Below the pieces are notes generated by a model, which was given only the letters and a program-made list of their open reading frames with translations, had not been told where the DNA came from and made no database searches. This document shows, one piece after another, positions 17,343-26,018 of a stretch of 64,000 nucleotides of DNA. This DNA is from Bacteroidia bacterium (GTDB lineage: Bacteria; Bacteroidota; Bacteroidia; Bacteroidales; VadinHA17): positions 330-64,329 of the forward strand of contig JAPLDX010000065.1 of the NCBI GenBank assembly GCA_026391215.1, given 5' to 3'. Numbering within the stretch: position 1 is the first letter of the stretch; every line of letters starts with the position of its first letter. The position numbers and the translations under genes are program-made.

Positions 17343-18524
17343 TTACAGATTTATATACCAGCTGTGTAAAGCAACAGACTCTGTTCCCTTATGAGACTCC
17401 TCGCCTATGATCTTTCTTGCTCCCATTATGGTTTTTTTGAGATAACTGTTGAAGTTTGTCCGGGTAGAATCAAGGCTGTTTATCCTGACCATTCCGGAAG
17501 AATGAATTACTTCGGTATCTCCTATATACATTCCGACATGAGTTATTCTTTTTTCCCCATCATCATTAAGATGTCCGAAGAAGATAAGGTCACCCGGTTC
17601 AAGCGGTTCTATAGATGACGAAATATCTACAGGCTGCCCGTACAAAAACTGTTGTGAAGCGTCGCGGGCAAGAATAATGCCGCCTGTGAAATATATTGTC
17701 TTGACAAATCCGCTGCAGTCAGCTGCTTTAGTAGATGTTCCTCCCCACATGTAAGGCGAGCCGTTAAGCGATTTCGCAAATGCTGTGAATTTGTCGGCTT
17801 CAGGTTTTATGGAAGAACACCATTCATTAAATCCGATAGCATCTTTTTTATTTATAATACCGTATCTCCCGTCAGGAATCTCTACTCTAAAGAAGTCCCT
17901 GCCTTCAGAAATAATTTCCAGAATTGCACCTGCAGTAATGTCGGAAACCACGCTTTTTGAGTCTGTTTCAGACAGGATATCGCCTGATTTACAGGTATAT
18001 ATTAATCTGTCTGATTGTTTCCATGCTCTCATTTCAGCTTCATTCATTTCACTGATCCCGCTGTCATTTGTCCAACCCAGGTAATGATCAGGTGTCTGGA
18101 TCAGAAACCAGCCATCGTCTTCTTTAAGGATCTTTACGGGTGTTCCCATTATAGCCTGTGAAACCTGTTCGCTTGAATAGGATGGTTTGCTTTTGATATT
18201 ACAGACACTTACCGTGACCAGCCCCCATGTCTTTTCTATTTCAGAAGTATCAGGAAGCATTTTCAGGCTGTCAATTATTTCCAGTCCCGTATTTCCAAGA
18301 TAGCTGAATATCTCATTTTTTGCTTCCGGCAGATTTGTTTCGCCTTTTATTACAAGGGCATCCTTTGTCAGCATTTTCACAGTGAATCTGCATATTCCCT
18401 CGCGCTTATCCGGGACCCATCTGACCGCAATTGAATTAACATCTTTTCGTACCTGAAGCGGTAGCTCATGGGAATTGCAGCCAGCGAGGCAGAGTAATGA
18501 AATAAAAATAACCTGGAGTCTCAT
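17343..18524 (-). CDS. NlpC/P60 (C40) peptidoglycan peptidase lipoprotein with SH3b-like domains
   Basis: Lipobox LLCLAGC. YMWGGTSTKAADCSGFV catalytic Cys block and HVGMYIGDTEVIHSS His block. YkfC-like pairing with the epimerase. Confidence 0.8.
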   Translation of the reverse strand: MRLQVIFISLLCLAGCNSHELPLQVRKDVNSIAVRWVPDKREGICRFTVKMLTKDALVIKGETNLPEAKNEIFSYLGNTGLEIIDSLKMLPDTSEIEKTWGLVTVSVCNIKSKPSYSSEQVSQAIMGTPVKILKEDDGWFLIQTPDHYLGWTNDSGISEMNEAEMRAWKQSDRLIYTCKSGDILSETDSKSVVSDITAGAILEIISEGRDFFRVEIPDGRYGIINKKDAIGFNEWCSSIKPEADKFTAFAKSLNGSPYMWGGTSTKAADCSGFVKTIYFTGGIILARDASQQFLYGQPVDISSSIEPLEPGDLIFFGHLNDDGEKRITHVGMYIGDTEVIHSSGMVRINSLDSTRTNFNSYLKKTIMGARKIIGEESHKGTESVALHSWYINL

Positions 18525-18553
18525 AATTCTGTCAGGATTTGTGGAACATCATA

Positions 18554-18561
18554 CAAAATTA
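18554..18561 (-). promoter_or_regulatory. Candidate -7 box (TAATTTTG) for the NlpC/P60-epimerase-HGSNAT-amgK-murU operon
   Basis: Matches TAnnTTTG, 30 nt upstream of the ATG at 18524. Confidence 0.45.
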
Positions 18562-18601
18562 TAAATTGCTGCTATATTATAGTGGTTATAATGTGAATCA
18601 A

Positions 18602-19058
18602 ATGAAAAACAGAATTCCTGAATTTATTACTGCTCTTATTATAATACATATCATGGCTGTATCCTGCAGCCGCACGGTGTGAGAGGAGAATTTACAGCAG
18701 GTGAGATCATTGGCTCTATAACTGACCCTGCAACAGGTCTTCCGGTTTTCAGCCGTATTACAGTGTTTCACAGGGTAATATGGTCCATGGGGTACAGATA
18801 CACCTGACCGACGTCAGGAAAGCTCCATTGTCGCTGATCCAGTTTTATATACTACAGGAAGCCCATAAGTTATGGCCGGAGAAGGATATATTTGCCATGA
18901 GTGAAGAATCAAGGCACGAAATGTTTGACAAGGTCTGCGGTACAGACCAGGTAAGAACCGAATTCACGAAGAATTGGACGATAGACTCTATTCCTGATCT
19001 TTGGACTGGAGATATTCCCGGTTTCAGGAAAAAAGTAAAGCCTTATCTCTTGTATTAA
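18602..19058 (+). pseudogene. Decayed DUF1343/NamZ-like (exo-beta-N-acetylmuramidase family) gene remnant
   Basis: Three fragments in three frames. Signal peptide MKNRIPEFITALIIIHIMAVSCSRTV* (18602-18682). GEFTAGEIIGSITDPATGLPVFS (18685 onward), like the ..AGE..D..TGLPVYS block. C-terminal 92 aa GVQIHLTDVRKAPLS..FDKVCGTDQVR..YLLY (18780-19058). About 300 aa of the central part are missing. Confidence 0.6.
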
Positions 19059-19071
19059 AATTTGACCTGAG

Positions 19072-21399
19072 TTATCTCGTCTCTCCCTCCATGCTCTTTT
19101 CAAGCTCTCTTGCATGAGTCAGGAACTCATCAACTTTCATTTCTTTATGAAATATCATTCCATGTGTTGCGCGGATCTTCGGGCTTTCATGCTCATAGAA
19201 GAAATCCTTGCCAAGGACCAGCTGAACCTGTTTGAACTGTTCAACCCATATATGTTGCGAAAGGTCGCTGAATGGTCCGTCAAGCTCAAAACTCGGGAAT
19301 GAGGCATCAACCTGGCTGATGTAGCAATTTTTGAAGGATTTGTCCAGTACCGCCATTGAATTCAGCGATACGGGAGTGAATATATTAGCCTCCGATGGGT
19401 GGAATCTGAACCAGACATTTCTGTAACCAACGACTCTGACAGCGGACAGGTCTTTTTCCTGTTTCCACAGATCTAAAGCATGAGCCAGCGCCTGGAGCAC
19501 CTTATAATGGGTATCAGGTCCCGAGCCTTCAGGATCAAATGCAAGACTTACCACTGTCGGCTGTACACGCCTCAGCATATCCAGGATGGGTTCCACATCT
19601 CTTTTACCCTGAGGCTGTGAAGAAAAAATATCTCCTGAATAAAAGCCCAGCCGAAGGTGTTCTATATCCTTGACCTTAACTCCATAATGGGCCCACACGA
19701 GCTCTTCTTCAAATTCCCTGAGCATACCCTTAAGCTTCTGAATATCAGGAGGATTTTTCTCTCCGCTATAACTGGATTTCAGCAACTCAATATTTTTCTG
19801 AATCTGATCTTTCAGATCCTGAATGGATTTAAGCTTATAGACGTCAACCATTACTCTTATTATCCTGTGGCACACGCCTCTGAGTTTTCCTGCTTCGTCT
19901 TTAGCAGCAATCTTATCCAGGTAATGACTTACATCCTTGTCAAATTTATATTTATATCCCTGTTCGAAGAAATCAGGATATTCAATCATCCGTACCTTGC
20001 CTTGTTCAATGTGGTTCAGTGTTTCCTGCAGCAGGGTCTGTAACATAGTATTGGTAACAGAGTTGAATCCTGATGTAAATACTGCAAAATGAAAATTGTT
20101 GGATGCCACACGCAACTGTGGAATTATGCAAGGGAAAATTCCCAGCATTATATCGTCATGATGGGGTCCGGTATGAAGGAATGTCTGATCTTGTTCTTTC
20201 TTTTCACCGGCAATTATTTTATTTTTTGTCGATTCAATTACCTCTTTCACCCGGTCCATGCTCAGGTTTGGTATCAAACAGGCATACCTGTCATTTTTAA
20301 GGTCATCCGGTACCAGCTTATGAGCGTACTTATCAATATTCTGGCAAAGATCAAAAATTGCTTTTTCAGTCTTTTCAAAGGTCCATTCTCCTTCCTTATA
20401 GTACTTTTCAACGCTGTCATGAAGCAGAACTGCAGCTCCTTCAGTGAGGTAGAAACGTGCATTCTTCTGCCTCTGCAGGACTGTTGCAGGATAAAGGTTG
20501 TCCGGAGGATTTTCAAGGGCGTTTCTCACCACGGGTGCCTTGGCTTCACCTGCAGCAAAGACTATTGTCACGCCATCAGGATTGTATGTTATTGTGCCCA
20601 GTCCGACGGTAATCGCTAACCTGGTCCTTGATACTTCAATTCCTCCCAGATCGCCTGCTGATGCAGCCTGTGATTCGAAGTTGGTTGCAGTAAGACGGGT
20701 AGATGAATTATGATCACTGCCACGGGTGTTGAAAGCTATATGTCCGTCAGGACCCATTCCTCCAAGGAAAAAGCCGATCCCGCCCAGCTCTCTTACCCTG
20801 TTCTCATAGTTTGTGCACCAGTTGTCAATGCTGAAGAGAGAAGCCTGTTGCAGCCTCTCCACATGCGATGATGCTTCCCTGTTCCTTAGTGTCAGGTCAA
20901 TACGGCTGTCAGGAAATACCTCTGAATAATGTTTACCCAGTGGAAGAGTTATTTCATCAGCATTTATCAGCAATGCCCGTGCCGGATCCAGGTCAAATCC
21001 TTTTATATAGTAGTTAATCACAAAGTCATAAAAGCTGTTATGCTGTTTCGGATCAATAGGATAGAATTCATCCAGCTGGACAAAATGCAATCCTCTAAGA
21101 GAAGGCTTCTTGTTTAGCTGGAGTCCGTTTTTCTCCATCAGCAGACGGTTCTCCCTGGTGTTCCAGCCTTCAAGAAGTCTCCGCGTCCATTTTATGAAGT
21201 ACTCCGGGGTTTTTCCCGTGGGAAAACTTATAACTCCTTCAGGATTTTCATCCAGCCATTCGAGGAATCTAAGTGAAGTGAGCAATCCAAGATCGGGGAA
21301 ATTATGTACGATGATATAGGGGATTTTCGTGGAATATCCCTTTCTCCCTGAGCGGTCAAAAAAGGCCTGCTCTACACTTGATAATCCTTTGATCTTCAT
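19072..21399 (-). CDS. Glucosamine-6-phosphate deaminase-like domain fused to LmbE/PIG-L-like deacetylase domain
   Basis: N-terminal half carries GIGFFLGGMGPDGHIAFN (NagB signature). From about aa 405, FLHTGPHHDDIMLG (HxDD motif of PIG-L/LmbE deacetylases). Confidence 0.7.
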   Translation of the reverse strand: MKIKGLSSVEQAFFDRSGRKGYSTKIPYIIVHNFPDLGLLTSLRFLEWLDENPEGVISFPTGKTPEYFIKWTRRLLEGWNTRENRLLMEKNGLQLNKKPSLRGLHFVQLDEFYPIDPKQHNSFYDFVINYYIKGFDLDPARALLINADEITLPLGKHYSEVFPDSRIDLTLRNREASSHVERLQQASLFSIDNWCTNYENRVRELGGIGFFLGGMGPDGHIAFNTRGSDHNSSTRLTATNFESQAASAGDLGGIEVSRTRLAITVGLGTITYNPDGVTIVFAAGEAKAPVVRNALENPPDNLYPATVLQRQKNARFYLTEGAAVLLHDSVEKYYKEGEWTFEKTEKAIFDLCQNIDKYAHKLVPDDLKNDRYACLIPNLSMDRVKEVIESTKNKIIAGEKKEQDQTFLHTGPHHDDIMLGIFPCIIPQLRVASNNFHFAVFTSGFNSVTNTMLQTLLQETLNHIEQGKVRMIEYPDFFEQGYKYKFDKDVSHYLDKIAAKDEAGKLRGVCHRIIRVMVDVYKLKSIQDLKDQIQKNIELLKSSYSGEKNPPDIQKLKGMLREFEEELVWAHYGVKVKDIEHLRLGFYSGDIFSSQPQGKRDVEPILDMLRRVQPTVVSLAFDPEGSGPDTHYKVLQALAHALDLWKQEKDLSAVRVVGYRNVWFRFHPSEANIFTPVSLNSMAVLDKSFKNCYISQVDASFPSFELDGPFSDLSQHIWVEQFKQVQLVLGKDFFYEHESPKIRATHGMIFHKEMKVDEFLTHARELEKSMEGETR

Positions 21400-21426
21400 G
21401 GTTTTATTTTTTTCTTATCATATACT

Positions 21427-24339
21427 TCAATCTTTCAGAACGGCATCATACATGATCTCGGCAGGATGTACGGCAGTTCTACCTGTACCTTCTGATATGT
21501 GATGCCTGCATGATGTTCCGGGGGCAGCAATTATAGTATCATCTGATGCTGATCTTACAGCCGGGAAAAGTACCATCTCTCCTATTTTCATGCTTAGTTC
21601 ATAATGTTCTTTTTCATATCCGAATGCCCCTGCCATACCGCAGCAGCCGCTTGGAATCTCCTCAACACTGTAATTGACCGGTATTGAAAGCATTCTCTTT
21701 GTAAATCCTGTTGAAGATATTGCTTTCTGCTGACAATGCCCATGAAGTTTAATATTTTTATATTCTGACGTGAACTGTCCGGCGGTGATCCTTCCGTTAT
21801 CGAATTCCCTGCAGATAAACTCCTCAAGCAACAATGCCCGTTTGCCAAGTTTTCCTGCATCATCACGTAATTGCCCGGCAGTGATTTCAGGATATTCATC
21901 CCTGAATGTAAGGATTGCTGACGGTTCCAGTCCTATCAGCGGTAAATCTTCAGTAATCAGGTCTTTCAGAAGCAGTACATTGATGTCGGCGATTTTTTTT
22001 GCTCTTTTCAGCATTCCTTTTGAGAGGAAGGTCCGTCCGCTTTCCCTGTGTTCGGGTATCACAACCTGATAACCGAGTTTCTCAAGAAGAAGAATTGCTT
22101 TTATACCTATGTCGCTTTCATTGTAATTTGTAAATTCATCAGCAAAAAGATAAACTCTGCTTTTTGTTTCATGCGCCGGGGAATTATGTCTTCGGTTCCA
22201 TGTTGTCAGAGTTGTTTTTGAAAGTGATGGTATACTACGGTCTTCCTCAAAGCCGATCATTTTTTTAAAGATCCTAAGTCCTGTTATAAAATTAGTTACA
22301 GGTCTGAAAGCCATGCCAAGACGGTTAATCCGTGGCAGCCATCCTATAAGCAAAGTCCGGAAAGGTATACCGTGGATCTCATAATAATGCTGTAGGAATT
22401 CAGCCTTGAACCTTGTCATATCAACATTGGACGGACATTCTGATTTGCATGCCTTGCAGGAGAGACAGAGGTCCATTACACGATAGATCTCCTCATGATC
22501 CCAGGGATGTTTATGTTCAGAACGGGTAAGAAACTCCCGTAGGATATTTGCCCTGCCCCGTGTCGACTTATCCTCATCGCCGGTGGCCATGAAAGTGGGA
22601 CACATTGTTCCACCGATGACTGAGCTTTTCCTGCAATCCCCCGAACCGCTGCACTTTTCAACTGCAAAAAGCAAAGTGCCTTTCTCAGGAAAACTGAAAG
22701 TTGTTTTAAGAGGTTCAGGTTGTTCTCCGGTTTTGTACCTCAGATTCCTATCCATCGGGGGTGTGTCAATTATCTTGCCTGGGTTAAAAATGTTTGCCGG
22801 ATCCCAGGTCATTTTCAGCTTTTTCAGAAGGCTGTAATTGTGTTCTCCGAGCATCAGTGGAATAAATTCACCGCGAAGGCGGCCATCACCATGTTCACCG
22901 CTAAGCGAACCCCTGTACTTCTTTACAAGACGTGAAATTTCTATGGCAAGATCCCGGAATATTTCGATATCTGCAGGATCTTTAAGATTCAGCAGCGGAC
23001 TGAGATGAAGCTCACCGGTAGCCACATGGGCATAATATGCACAGCTGAGATTATGTTTCTTCAGAACCTGTTCAAATTCAGTAATATACTCAGGCAGATA
23101 CTCGGGAAGAACCGAGGTATCCTCAATTACCTGGACGCTTCTTTTTTCTCCCGGAATAATAAGCAGGACACCAAGTCCAGCTTTCCGCAGAGCCCATATT
23201 TTCTGCATTTCCACACTGTCTGTATAAAGTGGAAAATAGTAACCATACCCGGCTTCTTTCAGCTCCCGTTCAATGTTTCCTGCAGTCTTTTCAATTTCCT
23301 CAAATGTGTTTCTTAAAAGCTCAACCAGTAGAATAATTTTGGGTGCACCCTTTATAAAAAAGCGGTTTTTGTTTTGTTCAATATTATCTTTAGTACAGTT
23401 CAGAATGAAATCATCGATAAGTTCGATTGATGCCGGATTATGCTTAAGTATAAGTATGTTAGCCTTCAATGCATCCTGCAGGCCAGCAAAGTGGGCACAG
23501 ATGAGCCCTGTCTTTCCTGAAGGCAAAGGAACAAGGTTCAGCTTCATCCTTGTTGTAAAAGCCAGGGTACCTTCCGAACCGGCCAGAAGCTTGCAGATAT
23601 TTATTTTCCTTCCGTTTCCGCTGAAGGGATCTGTATCCAGCAATGAATCAATGGCATATCCGTTGTTCCGGCGTTTTAAACCTGGATGAGGGAACTGATC
23701 GATAATACCTTTTCTGTTAGCCGGGTCAGATAAAGTATCACGTATATTCCTGTAAATTGACGTTTCAAGAGAAACTGGATCTCCATTACATTTACTTTGA
23801 AATTCTTCTGAAGTCATTTCCCTGAAAGTGACCTCCGAACAATCGGAAAGAATGACATCTGCTTCAAGTATATGATCCCTGACACTGCCGTAAATAAGCG
23901 AATGTGCACCGCACGAATTGTTGCCCAGCATGCCTGCCATGCAGCACCGGTCGGCAGTTGATGTTTCCGGTCCAAACTGCAGTCCATGCGGTGAAAGGAA
24001 TTTATTCAGCTCGGCAAGTATCACTCCCGGCTCAACAACAACCCATTTTTCATCCTGATTATATTCAAGGATGTGGTTCATATATTTCGAGATGTCCACC
24101 ACAATGCCTGATCCAACAACCTGGCCAGCAAGAGAGGTGCCGCCTCCACGAGGGATTACAGAACTTCCGGTAGTTCTTGCGAAGCTGATAATCTTCTTAA
24201 TGTCTTCTTTATCCTTTGGTCTTGTTACAGCCAGGGGCAGCTCCCTGTATGATGATCCGTCAGTGGCATACAGGATCCTCTGAAGATCATCAGTGAACAG
24301 GTCACCTTTCAGTTCCTTCTGTAAATCGGAAAAAGTCAT
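21427..24339 (-). CDS. FAD-binding oxidase fused to Fe-S/CCG domains (GlcD-GlcF-type; Dld-II-like D-lactate dehydrogenase candidate)
   Basis: N-terminal FAD_binding_4-like RGGGTSLAGQ; central CLSCKACKSECP 4Fe-4S motif; C-terminal Cys-rich CCG-like region (HGHCQQKA, CCGMAG). Confidence 0.65.
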   Translation of the reverse strand: MTFSDLQKELKGDLFTDDLQRILYATDGSSYRELPLAVTRPKDKEDIKKIISFARTTGSSVIPRGGGTSLAGQVVGSGIVVDISKYMNHILEYNQDEKWVVVEPGVILAELNKFLSPHGLQFGPETSTADRCCMAGMLGNNSCGAHSLIYGSVRDHILEADVILSDCSEVTFREMTSEEFQSKCNGDPVSLETSIYRNIRDTLSDPANRKGIIDQFPHPGLKRRNNGYAIDSLLDTDPFSGNGRKINICKLLAGSEGTLAFTTRMKLNLVPLPSGKTGLICAHFAGLQDALKANILILKHNPASIELIDDFILNCTKDNIEQNKNRFFIKGAPKIILLVELLRNTFEEIEKTAGNIERELKEAGYGYYFPLYTDSVEMQKIWALRKAGLGVLLIIPGEKRSVQVIEDTSVLPEYLPEYITEFEQVLKKHNLSCAYYAHVATGELHLSPLLNLKDPADIEIFRDLAIEISRLVKKYRGSLSGEHGDGRLRGEFIPLMLGEHNYSLLKKLKMTWDPANIFNPGKIIDTPPMDRNLRYKTGEQPEPLKTTFSFPEKGTLLFAVEKCSGSGDCRKSSVIGGTMCPTFMATGDEDKSTRGRANILREFLTRSEHKHPWDHEEIYRVMDLCLSCKACKSECPSNVDMTRFKAEFLQHYYEIHGIPFRTLLIGWLPRINRLGMAFRPVTNFITGLRIFKKMIGFEEDRSIPSLSKTTLTTWNRRHNSPAHETKSRVYLFADEFTNYNESDIGIKAILLLEKLGYQVVIPEHRESGRTFLSKGMLKRAKKIADINVLLLKDLITEDLPLIGLEPSAILTFRDEYPEITAGQLRDDAGKLGKRALLLEEFICREFDNGRITAGQFTSEYKNIKLHGHCQQKAISSTGFTKRMLSIPVNYSVEEIPSGCCGMAGAFGYEKEHYELSMKIGEMVLFPAVRSASDDTIIAAPGTSCRHHISEGTGRTAVHPAEIMYDAVLKD

Positions 24340-24340
24340 T

Positions 24341-26008
24341 TTAGCTTTCTTTCTTTTTTATCCCGAAGGCAGGATCGATCCTCAGGAATTTAATTGCTAT
24401 AAGTCCTGGTATTGAACAAAGAATCACATAGATAAAGAAATGCTGGTAACCAAAGAGCTCCTTCATGCTACCGGAGATCATTCCCGGGAGCATCATCCCA
24501 AGAGCCATTAATGAGGTTCCAATGGCATATTCAGCCGTTTTGTACTTGCTTTCACCTACGAAATTAAGCATATAGAGCATGTATGCAGTAAACCCGAAGC
24601 CATAGCCGAACTGTTCAAGCGCAATTGCGAGATAAATCGAGATATCACCAGGCATTGGCTGAACAAAAGAAAGATATATATAAACGCTTATTGGTATATT
24701 CATGCACAGAGCCATTAACCAGATCATCTTTTTCAACCCGTATTTTGCAGCTGTTATTCCGCCGAGTATACCTCCAAGGGTCAGACATAACATTCCTATG
24801 GTGCCATAGGCAATTCCATACTGGGCTGATGTAAGACCAATTCCTCCTGAGCTCCTTGAATCAACAAGAAATGGTGTTGCCACCTTTACGAGCTGCGATT
24901 CGCCAAGCCTGTAAAGGAGAAAGAATATAAGGGCGGGCATTATACCGGGTTTAGTAAAAAACGAAACAAAAACTTCCTTGTATACGCTCCATCCCATTTT
25001 TTCCTGAGTGCTTTTTTCGTCTGGATGCGGCAAAAATATCCTGTTGTATATTGCAAGCATTATAAGTACAACTCCAAGAACAATCAGCGAAACCATCCAG
25101 CTGAAAGCGATATTGCCGGCAGTAACAACAAATTCAGAAGAAGCTGTGCCGGTAAGGTTATGATTTACCTTCACTGATGCGGCTACAGGTTTATCCCAGT
25201 TCTCACTGGTGAACTCGAACCTGCCGGTCTGTTTTTTGGAAAGATCAATATCCTTGCTTCCTGATTTGCGTGCAACATTCACAACTACAGTTTCACCTCC
25301 TTCGGGTGGTGCCGACAAGGCTATATATATCACTGCAGAATCAAGTGCCGATTTTCCTTCCTGATATACCGGAACCTGTAGATCACGCGGGAAAAGCAGC
25401 AAAGAGGGTTCTCCTTCAGCCTTTACAATATGTATGTCATCAGGATTGAATGGAGTGTATTCTTCAGGAAGAACGGATTTCGTCTCGAATGCAACGGGTT
25501 CCAGCCCGGTGTTTTTCTGGATTACACCGGCAACTATCGGCATCAGTCCAAGGGCTGTAAGCATGGCAAACCTGTAGAACGTAGATCTTATCCCGACAAA
25601 AAAAGCTTGCTTATGCTGATCAAGTGCGTACATGTAGAAGCCATCTGCTGCTATATCATGGCTTGCAGAGGATATTGCAATAATGGCAAAAATGCCGAGG
25701 GTTATCGGATAGAAGAATGAAACCGGCATTACGATCCCCACGGCAATAAAAGCTACCCCCAGCAAAAGCTGAGTCCATACTACCCAGTTTCGTTTTGTGG
25801 AAACGACATCAATGTAAGGACTCCACAGAGGTTTTATGGCCCATGGCAGGTAGAGGAGGCTTGTCCAGAAAGCGAATGAGGCTATGGATATGCCCATTGT
25901 CTTGTAAATGAGCCCGGATGTTATCATTACAATACTGTAGGGAATACCCTGGAAAAAGTACAGGGTAGGTATCCATGCCCAGGGTGAACGGTCTTTGTGT
26001 TGATTCAT
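24341..26008 (-). CDS. ampG: AmpG-family muropeptide MFS permease with large hydrophilic insertion
   Basis: PWAWIPTLYFFQGIPY..LLYLPWAIKPLWSPYID is the AmpG-type N-terminus. A ~130-aa non-membrane segment (about aa 165-298) splits the transporter. Confidence 0.7.
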   Translation of the reverse strand: MNQHKDRSPWAWIPTLYFFQGIPYSIVMITSGLIYKTMGISIASFAFWTSLLYLPWAIKPLWSPYIDVVSTKRNWVVWTQLLLGVAFIAVGIVMPVSFFYPITLGIFAIIAISSASHDIAADGFYMYALDQHKQAFFVGIRSTFYRFAMLTALGLMPIVAGVIQKNTGLEPVAFETKSVLPEEYTPFNPDDIHIVKAEGEPSLLLFPRDLQVPVYQEGKSALDSAVIYIALSAPPEGGETVVVNVARKSGSKDIDLSKKQTGRFEFTSENWDKPVAASVKVNHNLTGTASSEFVVTAGNIAFSWMVSLIVLGVVLIMLAIYNRIFLPHPDEKSTQEKMGWSVYKEVFVSFFTKPGIMPALIFFLLYRLGESQLVKVATPFLVDSRSSGGIGLTSAQYGIAYGTIGMLCLTLGGILGGITAAKYGLKKMIWLMALCMNIPISVYIYLSFVQPMPGDISIYLAIALEQFGYGFGFTAYMLYMLNFVGESKYKTAEYAIGTSLMALGMMLPGMISGSMKELFGYQHFFIYVILCSIPGLIAIKFLRIDPAFGIKKKES

Positions 26009-26018
26009 AAAGAGATTC

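Noticed and set aside
10849-20619. Long antisense ORFs (10849..11367, 13323..13892, 20089..20619, 23273..23689)
   Set aside because: Each lies fully inside a confidently assigned gene on the opposite strand, and the translations are low-complexity with no motifs.
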